A DNA stretch of 63,677 bases, the filler included, from Octopus bimaculoides (taxonomy: Eukaryota): assembly GCF_001194135.2 (NCBI RefSeq). It is 6 parts of 5 records of this genome, joined end to end, with 100 filler letters (N's around TTAATTAATTAA, not from the genome) between each part and the next. Parts side by side here need not be neighbours in the genome. Positions count along the whole stretch, not along the records: positions 1 to 27,957 come from NC_068981.1; 5 more parts are not named here. One strand, written 5' to 3'. This document shows positions 1-12,529 of this stretch, in pieces. The notes beneath the pieces were generated by a model. That model saw nothing but the letters and a program-made list of their open reading frames with translations, did no database searches and had not been told where the DNA came from. Position numbers and translations under genes: made by a program. Positions within the stretch are counted from its first letter, which is position 1. Each line of letters begins with the position of its first letter.

Positions 1-194
1 CTGAAGTCGCTTATTTAACTGGGTTGTACCGGAAATTCAAGGAAGTCAATATTCTCTGTATTCCATTTTTTATCAGCGCTGACCAAGACAAAAAAAAAAG
101 AAAAGAAAAAGAAAAAGGCAACAACAGCAGCAGGTTTATTTTTCTATGTGTTCTAGCCCAAAGGCTGTGGCCATGCTAGAGCACTGACATTGAT

Positions 195-233
<39 letters not shown>

Positions 234-394
234 AAACAAATAATAAATGAGTATATGCATATATACATACAGGTATGTGCATACCTACGTCTACCTGTAT
301 ATATAGGTGCATATCTGGGTACAGAACATTGCAGACAAAACGTAGACATATATATTGATATCTATCTATCTATCTATCTATGCCTGTATGCATC

Positions 395-510
395 CATCCA
401 TAGACAGAGAGAATAGTGGCAAAGGAGAGAGGATGGGATAGGTGAGAAGAAAGAGTGAAAGGAAAGAGGGGTGGGAAGAGAAATTGCAGAGTGACAGTGA
501 GCTTCAGGAT

Positions 511-587
<77 letters not shown>

Positions 588-591
588 GGAG

Positions 592-634
<43 letters not shown>

Positions 635-929
635 GATGCAATGAGAGACTAGTGGGAAGATAAAAATGCTAGTAGACGATACAGGGAGAGACAGAGAGTG
701 GCGGGAAGGTAGAAGAAGTGGTAGGAAGGTAGGAAGTAGTGAAAAAGAGAGTAATAGGAAGGTTAAAGGAGAGAGGGGGATTAACGGGAAGAGAGAGAGA
801 GAGAGAGTGAGAGAAAGAGGGTAGTAATACGAAGGCAGACGGAGAGAAGTGGTAAGGTAGTGGGACATAAAGCGAGTAGCAGGAAGGCTTAACGGGAAGG
901 GGAAGAGGAGGAAAAGAGAGAGAGAGAAG

Positions 930-967
<38 letters not shown>

Positions 968-975
968 GAGAGAGA
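395..975 (+). repeat. Purine-rich tract with (GA)n and (GATA)n microsatellites
   Basis: (GA)n at about 514-585 and 915-975, (GATA)n at about 591-635, with G/A-dominated sequence between. The ORFs 374..868 and 669..1013 are its read-through. Confidence 0.95.
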
Positions 976-1511
976 AGCAACAACGGGAATGTTACAATAA
1001 TGATATATTCCAATTTTTAAGTATGGACGTCATATGTTTAAAGAAAGATTAAAGGTTAATTTGTAACATCTGAGCTAAAACGTATAATTTTTGATTAGCC
1101 TTATTTCCCTTTCCATGCGCTCTCCAAACTCCACCTTCTCCGTTCTATACATATGTATATATCTGACTTTCTATATGCATAATAAAAACATAAACATATC
1201 ATATCGGTACTTACACACGCAACACACATACAGTTGTTCAAATATTGATAAATGACTACATTTTCAGTAATTTATGGATATACTTGTTGCTGTTAGTTTT
1301 TTCCTTTTGTTTTTTTTTGTTTTTTTAATAATCTGAAAGTTTATCTCTTTCACTTTTATACGCTAATGCCCATACAAACGCATATATGCATACATAGTTA
1401 TTCATACATATATAAATAATGCACACATACACATTCTGTATGTTCTCTTCTTTTATCCTTTTACTGGTTTCAGCTGAGGCAGCGCCATGGCGTCTGTTTC
1501 AACCTGGCGCT

Positions 1512-1532
1512 ACACATACGCACATATGCATG

Positions 1533-1563
<31 letters not shown>

Positions 1564-1595
1564 GTATGTATGTATGTATGCATGTATGTATGTAC

Positions 1596-1637
<42 letters not shown>

Positions 1638-1678
1638 TATATATACATACATACACACACACACATATATACATACAT

Positions 1679-1709
<31 letters not shown>

Positions 1710-1717
1710 CATATATA

Positions 1718-1765
<48 letters not shown>

Positions 1766-1789
1766 TATATATATATATACATACATACA

Positions 1790-1826
<37 letters not shown>

Positions 1827-1830
1827 GGAC
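1512..1830. repeat. Compound (TATG)n/(TA)n/(CA)n microsatellite
   Basis: Directly visible; generates the overlapping YI/HT/VC ORFs. Confidence 0.95.
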
Positions 1831-2178
1831 ACGCACATTCACATTACACATTTGTGTGTATATATCTATGTGTACATGTTCGATATGTACAACATACATA
1901 CGGTGAGTGCGTGAGCGTGTGCCTGTTTCAGTTTCTCCGTTTTGTTATTCAATAGCAATTTTCTTCACCCCCGACAATGCTATATATTTTTTTTTTAATA
2001 TATGAACATGATTTGCTGTTATTTACGATTATGTCAATTATTTTATAATTTCATTACAAGGCATGAGTCAGCCGAATCTAGACCTTTTTCCATATCGGCT
2101 GTGTTCTTTTATTCCTTTCAGGTCCCACTTAACAGTTAGAATCAATAGATTAAACACCATATCTTATTGTAAAATTGA

Positions 2179-2180
<2 letters not shown>

Positions 2181-2245
<65 letters not shown>

Positions 2246-2781
2246 NNNNNNNNNNNNNNNNNNNNNNNNNNNNNNNNNNNNNNNNNNNNNNNNNNNNNNN
2301 NNNNNNNNNNNNNNNNNNNNNNNNNNNNNNNNNNNNNNNNNNNNNNNNNNNNNNNNNNNNNNNNNNNNNNNNNNNNNNNNNNNNNNNNNNNNNNNNNNNN
2401 NNNNNNNNNNNNNNNNNNNNNNNNNNNNNNNNNNNNNNNNNNNNNNNNNNNNNNNNNNNNNNNNNNNNNNNNNNNNNNNNNNNNNNNNNNNNNNNNNNNN
2501 NNNNNNNNNNNNNNNNNNNNNNNNNNNNNNNNNNNNNNNNNNNNNNNNNNNNNNNNNNNNNNNNNNNNNNNNNNNNNNNNNNNNNNNNNNNNNNNNNNNN
2601 NNNNNNNNNNNNNNNNNNNNNNNNNNNNNNNNNNNNNNNNNNNNNNNNNNNNNNNNNNNNNNNNNNNNNNNNNNNNNNNNNNNNNNNNNNNNNNNNNNNN
2701 NNNNNNNNNNNNNNNNNNNNNNNNNNNNNNNNNNNNNNNNNNNNNNNNNNNNNNNNNNNNNNNNNNNNNNNAGACTCCCCC

Positions 2782-2817
<36 letters not shown>

Positions 2818-2915
2818 TACATACACACATGTGTGTTTGTGTGTGTGTGTGGTGTGGTGTGGTGTGTTGTATGTGTGTGTGAGTGTGTTTGTGTGGTGTG
2901 GTGTGGTGTGGTGTG

Positions 2916-2955
<40 letters not shown>
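2181..2955. repeat. (CA)n, gap, then (CT)n/(CA)n/(GT)n and (GTGTG)n repeats
   Basis: Directly visible on both sides of an N gap. Confidence 0.9.
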
Positions 2956-2956
<1 letters not shown>

Positions 2957-2958
<2 letters not shown>

Positions 2959-3060
2959 GCGGGTTTCCACACAGTTTCCGCCTACCGAGTTCACTCACCA
3001 GCTCGAGTGAGCTGTAAAAGATACTTGCTCAAGGTACCATGCAGTGAGACTGAACGCAAA
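2957..3060 (-). mobile_element. Degenerate SINE family B fragment
   Basis: cagtttccgcctaccgagttcactcac...gatacttgctcaaggtaccatgcagtgagactgaac resembles the minus-strand family B copy at 57200-57310. Confidence 0.55.
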
Positions 3061-3066
3061 ATATTT

Positions 3067-4335
3067 ATGGGCCATCCCATAAATAATGCAGTTTTTTCAA
3101 CTGCATGAACTAAATGTCGGAGGAGAACGAGATAAACTACCTGCATCAACTTGCTGTAGAGGCAGGTATTAATTTTACCTTGTACTTATTCTTAGTGCAA
3201 GTTTTGAAGAGTGCAGTTCGATTTTAACAGATTTTTTTGAAAGCTATAATGGAAGTGACAAAGGAGCATATTTGGTATATTTTGCTTTATGAGTTCAATA
3301 AAGGCAACAACGCAATGGAAAGTGCGAGGAATATTAATGCAGTATATGGGGATCGGACAATAAACGTAAGCCAGCACCAACGGTAATTCCAGAAATTCCG
3401 AGCCGGAAACTACAGCCTAAAAGACGAGCCTCGTTCTGGAAGATCTGTAGAGCTCGATGAAGACGTCTTGCAAACCTTGGTGGAACAAAGTCCCATCGTA
3501 ACTGTTGAGGAGCTAGCAGAGAAGCTTGGATCTGGTCATTCAACCAATCATCGACACCTGTGTGCCATCGGAAAAGTCAGCAAATTGGGTCGATGGATTC
3601 CTCACAGACTTTCCAAGCCTAATCGCGCGCAGAGAGTGAATGTGTGCTCTTCTTTGCTGTCACGTCTCACGAATGAATCTTTTTTGTACCAAATAGTGAC
3701 TGGTGACGAGAAATGGATTTTCTGAAAATGTCAAGCATCGAAGACAGTGGGTAAGGAAAGGAGAAACACCAGCACCCCAGGCTAAAGAAGGTCTTCACAC
3801 ACGTAAGGTATTGTTATCTGTTTGGTGGGATATGAAAGGTTTAGTCCACCCTGAACTTTTAAATCCAAACCAAACGATGACAAAAGAGATCTACTGCGAG
3901 CAGCTTGAGCGGCTTACGTCAACGCAAGAAGAAAAACGACCATCTTTAGTTTCAAGACGAAAGATGTTCTTCCATCAGTATAATGTTCGGCCACATACAG
4001 CGAGAATGACATTCGAAAGGCTGGAGCAGTTTGAATGGGAAACAATGCCCCCACCTACCATATTCGCCGGACATTGCCCCATCTGATTATCAAAATCATT
4101 TGGACGGAAAAAATAGGAATTCAATAGACGAGGTCAGTACAGTACTGGAGGAGTATTTTTTGTCAGGGATCAAGTGAATTTTGGAAGAGGGTCCTTGCAA
4201 GTCTACAGGTAGATGGAAGAACATTGTAGAAAATGAAGGAGAGTATATTTTAGATTAAAAAGAACTTTTTTTTATCTTAATTTTGAAAAATAAAAGGAGT
4301 ATTATAAAAACTGCATTATTTATGGGATGACCCAA
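3067..4335 (+). mobile_element. Full-length mariner DNA transposon (about 1.27 kb)
   Basis: Left TIR tgggccatcccataaataatgcagttttt (from 3068) matches the reverse complement of aaaaactgcattatttatgggatgacccaa (ending 4335). TA lies at 3066-67 and 4336-37. An internal transposase is present. Confidence 0.95.
3249..4258 (+). pseudogene. Mariner transposase pseudogene (D,D34D type)
   Basis: MEVTKEHIWYILLYEF...DEPRSGR...WIPHRL...VTGDEKWIF...VWWD...HQYN...PYSPDIAPSDY...EGEYILD*. It has an in-frame stop near 3385, frameshifts near 3722 and 4055, and the second catalytic Asp reads Tyr (HQDN to HQYN). Confidence 0.93.
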
Positions 4336-6284
4336 TACATTCACTCGTACCTTCTCTAGCTTTCAATTCTTCATGTCGCTAATCCACGTGAAATTCCCTT
4401 AAAAGAGATCAAGAACATGTCACATCCTATCTATTTCTTCCGGTTGAAAGCAAGAACAAATTCGTCTAACAGAACACACACTTCTCGAACAAATATTATT
4501 TTCATATATTCATAACATATAAAAACATTTTATGAAGAAACAACTTCACATACATAAAATATTTCGACGTTATTTTCTCTCTGAGTTTTTGGCGGGAAAG
4601 CATGCTAATTTCTTCCAGAATAAATCTTATTGTGAGATTATGGGTTGGGTTTTGACTCAATAACGAGTTATTTTGCAGTGAAATACTAAAAGGAATAACA
4701 AGCTGGTATTTATTCCATTGACAAAGACTTATAGTCGTTGTTTTACAGTTATATACTCGTGGACATCGTTCTTGATGAGTTGAAGAATCATTCTATTATA
4801 ATTGTATTTTGGTAGGAATTGTAAAATTTGAACATCAAGTGTTGGCAATTGGTTGTTGTTGTTGTTGTTGTTCTTTGTCATGAGATAATGCTGCTATGGA
4901 GCAGAACTATGATTAAAAGCATTGAAGTACATCGCGGAACACGTTATCTAATATGTCCTATTCTTATTCAATACAATAAGGAGCGATTTGAAGGAGATTT
5001 TGTTGGTGTCATTCTAGCATGTAGAGGCTATTTAGTTGGTAGTTAGAAGGCTTGCTTGTAAGTTCATATATTTCAAGTCTTGTCAATTTAAAATTTTTTC
5101 CTTTCACCAAATCAATGTGTTGAGACGACGGTTGATATAAATTTNNNNNNNNNNAAAAAAAAAAAAAAAAAAAAAAATCCCGCACAGAAAAATGGACAAA
5201 AAATAAAATTAAAAATATCCCCACAAAACAAAACAAAAAATATCTTACTTTATCACTTTAAAAATCTCTTACTATGATCTGAAGGAAGTCACGAAAATAG
5301 CCAAAGCCAACGAAAAGAAAGGTTCAGAAGGAATTGACAATTTATACTCAGACATGTGTAACAGAATCCAAAGCTCCAGTGTTTGCTGAGAATGACACAG
5401 GCTATTTCTATTGGGAGATATATTTCAGTTTGTAAAAGGGATCTCAGATACAATGATAGATATAAGCCAGCTAATTCATAAAAGTTTAAAATCTCGATTA
5501 TATTTAAGAGGAAGACAATGTTTGAAAACCACTGGCATTGAATTAATATTAGACTAAGCTTTCTAATGACACTGTTATCGATTGTAGATCGTGAATACGT
5601 CTAAAACTCCGATTGGTACTTACACTTGGAAAAATCTAACCGAATCTCAATTTGAGCCAAGGTATTATATCTTTATTGAAATATGAAGTTAGATAAATTC
5701 TATATATGTTAGTGTTAGCAAATTTTATTAAGTCTAGGGATTTTAAAGCGGACATTTAGAGCACTTAATTATACCTCTACTGTTAACTATCTCAAGGCAT
5801 ATATATCTGAACGTTTCTTATCAGTGTATGATATCGAAGAGAAATATAACATTCAAAAGGACTAAAACTAATAAAAGTGTTAAAATTTTATAGATAACCA
5901 AACTGGAAAGTTTTTCGCAATATTTATCTAGAATAGCCTTTTAAATCACGTATCTCAATAGTCAATTAGTTATTGACATACTAGTGAAGTTTTTTCGTTT
6001 TCACGTCCAGTATTCAAGGAGTATCATCCAAGTAGGACCTACTCTTGTCCAAGCTACCTTCAGGGTTCGCAATGGCAAATTAAGAACTTCAAGAAAAAGA
6101 AGAAGAAAAAAATACACGTCAATTAAAATGACTCGCATACTTAAAGTTGCGAATCGTGACTTCCATAATATCTATCTGGACTGAAGAATTAAGAATTAAG
6201 AAATAAATACGAAGAAGCAGTTCAACTAGCTGTATCTCTTAAGTGAATAGAAGGGTTAAATTACAACTGTTATTGTTATTTAAC

Positions 6285-6480
6285 CACAAGTTAACTCAGT
6301 TGAAACAGATGACCCATATCAAAGCCTTCTAACCATGCTCGTACAGTTTTATTTTCAGACGCTGTATCGAGGACATCTTTATCCAATGTGCCCTTTTCTT
6401 TTGTAAGATGGTAAGAAGTGGTTTAAGGGTAATTTGGTTGCTATTTCTAAAAGATCGAGCTACCACGTAGAGGTTCCACG
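6285..6480 (+). repeat. Dispersed repeat family E (unclassified)
   Basis: Ends in atttggttgctatttctaaaagatcgagctaccacgtagagg. Similar sequence recurs at about 12095-12150 and 25880-25915, and inverted at about 22030 and 40035. Confidence 0.55.
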
Positions 6481-8689
6481 AGTGTTCTCCATAAGTGGGA
6501 CACGGACATTACTTCGTTTCAATGTAGTAATTTGGATACTTTTGAATTGTTGCTATGTACTTTTTTTTAAACAGTTTGATTTATTGCTGATTCATTGAAT
6601 TGAATTTGTTAATTAATTTGAGAAATGGTAAGCATGCAACCAAGAAAATGGCCTGGAGTCGCAACAGAAACTTGGAAAATTGAATTATTCCTAAAATTAC
6701 AAAATCATCTATAAATTTTAGCATTGTCCTTGTTTCAATAGAAACAAATAATAATTTTTTTAAAAATTATTTTAAATTTCTTTATAGTCATTTATAATTT
6801 AATACATTCTGATCGAGAAAATATTGAAATTAAAATCAAAATCTCAAATTAGAACTGGTTATTTTTTTAAAGAAATAGCACTGCTTTTTTTTTTTTACTC
6901 TTTTATCTCACAAAATAGTGTTTATCTTAGGCCTAGTTTTTAACGTTCGATTTATTTACTTTAACAATAAAATTGAATTCTAAATCAAATTAAGAATACA
7001 ATTCTAGGTTTTCGTGATATTTTCGATTTCCTCATAATATTTCCATGCTGAGTCTCTAGAAAGTTCAATACTTTATTAGACATTCTGTCATATTCAGTTT
7101 TATTCGGTTAATCTTATTTAGCTCCAAACATTTTAATCTCTTTTCTATTATAGTTACTTCAAACCAGCAAATTATTCGCTGTTCTTAAAACTCTCTTCAG
7201 TTACCTACATATACGATTTCTTCTTGTCTTTCAAAAATCCTTTAATTTCCATTAGTTTTCTTTGTTCACACTAACTCATTCTAGTTCTTTAAATCCACTC
7301 TATACGTCCGTTCCTTGAAGCTTGTTTTCACTGTCCATATTTTATCACCATGCAGTGCGGTTGCAACACTGCTCATGCAATCTTTTGTACGCAGAAAAAA
7401 AAAAAAAGGAAAGAGAAAAGAAAAAGAAAAGAAAAAAGACCATTTGTTGTCAGCATGCACTGAAAATCTCTCAACTACTTTCAACAACATTGAACTTTAC
7501 TAGTTTGGCTATCATATTGGCTTTTATTATTTGGTTACTTGTTAAGGTTATAGAACTTTTGTTATCTGCAGTAGAAAACTATTAACTATTTTGCGTTTAT
7601 TTAGCTGTACTTTCTTCTGTGCTACGTATACACTGTCTGCTTGAGAGATCGGTGACCGAGAGGTACTGCTCTCTTTGGTCGCAGATTCTCTGACTGCTAA
7701 TACTGAGGAAGTCAAAATTTGTAACGATTGCAAAAATGGCATTTTTAAAAAATCTCCTCTTCAACCAAAATAAAAAAAAGAAAATATAATATATATTTAT
7801 ATATATTTTTTGCCGTCGTTTGATATATTACCCTGTACAAACATGTACATAAGCTAAGGAATAAATATATAGTTATATATTGTATGTAACGTACGCTATA
7901 AATGCTATACAAAACACTGTACACCTATATCTGCGCGTGAAGTGTTTTGTATTTATATTCCCAGTGCTTAATACTTTGAAGAAGACGAACAAAATAGGTG
8001 AAGAAATGAAAGGCTATATGTACTTAAAGCGTAGGTTTACACGTCTGGATACACATCAGAAGTGGAAAAACAGATAGTATACATTTACATACACATGCAT
8101 ATGTTCACACAGACAAAAAGAGGTGCCAAGTGAAAGAGAAAAAAAAACATAATCAATGTAAAATGGAGAGGAAAGTTATCAAACAAAGCTGTATAATATA
8201 CACGTAAGATATTTCTTTCTGGGTGCTGACATTTTACTGCCAGTGTTATGAACACATCATGATGTTTATACTGGAAACTCGAGCAAGGGGGAGGGCTGGG
8301 TGATTTTTAGCATTGGCAGTTTGGGGATGGGAATATTGTTTGAGTGTAGAAAATAGACAAATATATATAAATATATATATCTATACATTAAAAAAAACCC
8401 ACCAATGAAATAAAAAGAAAAAATGCAGGCCGTCAGTGCTTTCGACCAGCTATTTTTACATACGTTAAGTATAATTTTTTCCAAACATTTTGTTAGATTC
8501 TTAATCAAGCAAAGCGAAATTTAAGACATCAAACAAAACTTAATAAAATTGTTGATAAAAATTGAAGTATATTCTTTACCGTACATTCAAAATCGAGTGC
8601 CGAATGTAAATTGAAAATATACGGTTTGAGGTTTAGCCATGAATCTACAAAATTGCTTTGCATAACTCCAACATACCTATTGTCGATAA

Positions 8690-8775
8690 CATACGTATAC
8701 GTGTGTATACGTGTATAAATGCATATGTATATATATGTGTGTATGCGCGCGTGTGTCTGTATACGCACATGTATA

Positions 8776-8825
<50 letters not shown>

Positions 8826-8896
8826 CACTGGGGCTTACACTCACACTTGTATCCATGCATCCATTTGGTAGAGGCGATTTTCATTATCACAGATAG

Positions 8897-8928
<32 letters not shown>

Positions 8929-9421
8929 CGTACACACACACATACACATATATACATACATACACACACACACACATATATATATGTGCACACAATATAT
9001 ATATATAAATCTCTCTATATATACACATATATATTTATATATCTCTCTATATATATACACGCAAAATAAATAATACATATATATGTATGCTGTATGTTTA
9101 TACGTAAATACATGCATACATATATATGTATGCTGTATGTTTATACGTAAATACATGCATACATATATTATGCATATATACATATATATTTGCTTTATAC
9201 ACATAAATACATAAACACATAATGCGTTTGTACGACTGTTTATATATGGTATATTAATATATGAATGTATATATACATATATATATGTGTGTAAATATGT
9301 AAATATATTTATATATCTATATGTATATATATATGTATGTATACACGTGTATATATATGTACATAAGTATCAATATATAGATACTTATATATACGCATAT
9401 ATACATATACATATTTATGCA

Positions 9422-9497
<76 letters not shown>

Positions 9498-10016
9498 CAT
9501 ACTTATATACATAAAACTACCAAACACTATGCTTATATATATATACATACACACATATATACACACACATGTTTATGCTTATATATTTGAAGAAATGTAA
9601 ATCTATTTGCTTAAATGGAATTAAGGTTATTTATAACACATGTCCATTTTTGAAGTGTTTGTTCCCTGGGCAATTTAATAAAAGACAATGCTTACTTCTG
9701 GTAGTCATCTAGCTTTCCATTCCATCAGACTTTCACCAACTACCAAAAAAAAAAAAGTATTCGAAAATGGTAATTCAGTTTCACCATCTTTTACATTGCT
9801 ATATTTCATGAACAGCAACTTCCTTTAACAAATACACCCACAATATTTCTCTACTGGGTGTAGCCGACGGCATTTATCAATTGATATATATATATATATA
9901 TATGTACGCATGTATGTATATATATGTACGCATGTATGTATGCATGTATGCAAGTACACATGCACGCATAAATATATACACTTGTTTAGCTATAGATTTA
10001 TTAATATACATTCAAG

Positions 10017-10085
<69 letters not shown>

Positions 10086-10330
10086 TGTGTTATAAATATT
10101 ATACTTATTATGCACGTACTCTATATATATTACATATATTTCTTATATATAATAAATTTGTAAATGTGCAAATGCATACGTGCACGTATAAATATGTGTG
10201 TATGTACATACATAAATATACATATGCAAACATACGTCTGTACACATACCTACATATATACATTATCTATATCGATATATGTATGCATTTATATCTATGT
10301 CTATGTTTGTTTTTCGATAGATATATAGCA
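8690..10330. repeat. Extended (TA)n/(TG)n/(TATG)n low-complexity block, including a 43-bp tandem duplication
   Basis: catatatatgtatgctgtatgtttatacgtaaatacatgcata occurs twice at 9076-9161; the rest is dinucleotide-derived. Confidence 0.9.
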
Positions 10331-10766
10331 TATCTGTGTTTTCAGACAGTAGGAACAGGACTATCAAATATATAGTGTTTACTTTGACAATGTTTTTGTA
10401 AGCTTGTCAAAAGAAGAAATCCTTAACGTACACTGTACTACGCACAGAATTATTGATGATTTAGCTAAAATTTGCCGCTGTAACCTGGTGGCTGACGATA
10501 TAGCTGAATCAGCAATTTATAGAGTTTTGTATTAAAAATAAACAAACAAATTTAGTCCGATATCATAATATGGTTTACTGTGAGTAGTAGTACTTGATAA
10601 AATGCAGTTTACCTTATTTTCAATAAAAACACGTAGGAAATGGCTTAAATGATAAAATCAGGTTTGTTAGAATCCAGTACTCAGCAAAAAAATTCTCTTC
10701 TAATTCCTTGTGTTTTCTTTTCCCCTCCACTGAGGATTCTCATCCAATTTATTATTACTCTCTTTT

Positions 10767-10974
10767 CCGGAAGTTTTCCATTTTCTCAGAGTTCTTGCAT
10801 TCTTTTTTCTTTTCTTCCAAAAGCGGAAGTTATATATTTCTTTCGAGTCGTACACTTCTTCCCGGAAGTGTAAGTGTTTCTCTTTCATACCTGTATATTT
10901 TCCCGGAACTCATCTTCTTTCTGCAAGTGGACAGAGTTTTCATTCTCCATTCTAACTCTTCTGAAAGCGGAAGT
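10767..10974 (+). promoter_or_regulatory. Cluster of five ETS-type (C/G)CGGAA(G/C)T motifs; candidate promoter or enhancer
   Basis: CCGGAAGT 10767, GCGGAAGT 10823, CCGGAAGT 10862, CCGGAACT 10903, GCGGAAGT 10967, all on the + strand, with CCAAT at 10744. The motifs are seen directly; function is inferred. Confidence 0.45.
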
Positions 10975-12029
10975 GTCTCTTTTTCCCATTCTATATAATT
11001 TCCCATTTTATATGAGATGTCCAGTCAGCTTATTTCGTTTCTTTTTTTTTATCCAATCGTTACAAAAACTTCACTTCTTGTATTCTATTATGCAACAGCA
11101 CTAATATTTGTTAATTATTTCCTTTCATGTAACTCAAGACGTTCTTTATAATTCAATGCTAATAACAACTGAATTACAAGGCCCCCAAGAGCGCTTCATT
11201 AAGGGAAGTAACTCATAATTATGTCACTTTTGCATAAGAAAGTAAAATTACTTGAGAACAACCCTGTCAACTTCAATATATTGGATACTACAAAACGAAA
11301 ATTATAAATGTTGAATCGATAGATGGTTTCATTACACTATTATTACCAAATAATATATCATTGAAAGTAGCTCCGAAAGCTGCTGAGATCAGCATTTATT
11401 TCCAGTCATGTGTGTAACAGGCAAAATACTGTGACATCACTTAGGCCATTTTAGGTTGATGATATCTGATATATTTTAATAAATAAATCATGCTAAATTA
11501 GTTTGAATGACTGTAACATGAACATTCTCTATAAGCTACTGAACCGTATATGCCTAATTTCTAACAAAGTCAATATTTAGCTTAAAAACAGGAAAAAATA
11601 TGTCTATGTACGGTATTTAAACACATTTTGACTGTCAGTACGTTCTTTCTATTCACTCAACCGCAGAAACTATATTATCTCACACGGTGGTTATGATAAA
11701 TAGTGAATTGTTTGTCGCCTTGTATGCAGTAGTATCTAATAATGGGTGATCATTCTGTTAGTCATACAATATAAGGCCGGCAATGTATTTGAACATAAAA
11801 AACTCTGTACCAGTATACCAATACTAAACCCAACATTTCACACTTCTTTTCTCAAACAGCACAACTAAATTTTCTGTAAATTCATATGTTTGGGAGTTTA
11901 AGTGCAAAGGAAGCTGTTGATGAGAATAAGTATAGAGTTACAACTTTTGATGGGTTTAGACATAAAGATGTTGTTTTTGTTCAACTCAGAGTTAAACTTA
12001 ATCGAATAGATTTATGATCATTGCAGCCG

Positions 12030-12150
12030 TGATCAAGCTATATATTTTCCAGATGTAACCCTTTCTCATGCTAGAGTGAGGGATTTGAGAGAGGTTTGGT
12101 TGCTATTTCTAACAGGTTGAGAGATCACAACAAGGCTCTTCGTTGGCTCG
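12030..12150 (+). repeat. Dispersed repeat family E fragment
   Basis: gatttgagagaggtttggttgctatttctaacaggttgagagatcac is similar to 6420-6470. Confidence 0.5.
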
Positions 12151-12250
12151 ATATAAAGATAGTTCAGTGTAATATCTGTCAGCGAGGATGAAAGTGAAAA
12201 TATGATATTTATTGAACCATATCACATATTAATATAACAAATGAAATTAA

Positions 12251-12465
12251 GGCGGTCAACAGACAGAATCGTTAGCATACTGGGCAAAATGCTTAGTAGC
12301 ATTTCGTCCGTCTTTACGTTCTGTGTTCAAATTCCTTCAAGGTCGACTTTACCTTTTATCCTCTCAGGGGTCAATGAAATAAGTAACAGTTGAGCACTGC
12401 GATAGATGTAATCGACTTAGCCCCCTCCACCGAAATTGATGGTCTTGTGCCAAAATTTTAAATCA
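12251..12465 (+). mobile_element. tRNA-headed SINE family A
   Basis: ggcgg...cagaatcgttagc...aaatgcttag...gttcaaattcc...ggtcgacttt...gcactg...aatcgact...cttgtgccaaaattt, shared with more than 12 copies in the window. Confidence 0.85.
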
Positions 12466-12529
12466 ACATGTCAGATAAAACTGTAACTGGACGACCAGGT
12501 TGTAAGTACGAAGGTACTAAAGAATAATA

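Noticed and set aside
1445-1510. Apparent acceptor plus Kozak ATG (ttttactggtttcag|ctgaggcagcgccATGG)
   Set aside because: It resembles the reverse complement of the SINE B/CR1 tail (cttttacttgtttcagtc...gccatg), and the frame runs straight into microsatellite.
4588-4599. E2F-type site TTTGGCGGGAAA
   Set aside because: A single isolated motif with no supporting promoter context.
5272-5390. EVTKIAK...KGSEGIDNL, faintly like the LINE ORF2 pre-RT KAxGxDxI motif
   Set aside because: Too short and degenerate to call, with no adjoining RT motifs.
7322-7585. 87-aa ORF with a basic run and a hydrophobic helix
   Set aside because: The basic run is an A-rich homopolymer tract and the hydrophobicity follows T-richness. 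It starts at a non-ATG codon and has no splice context.
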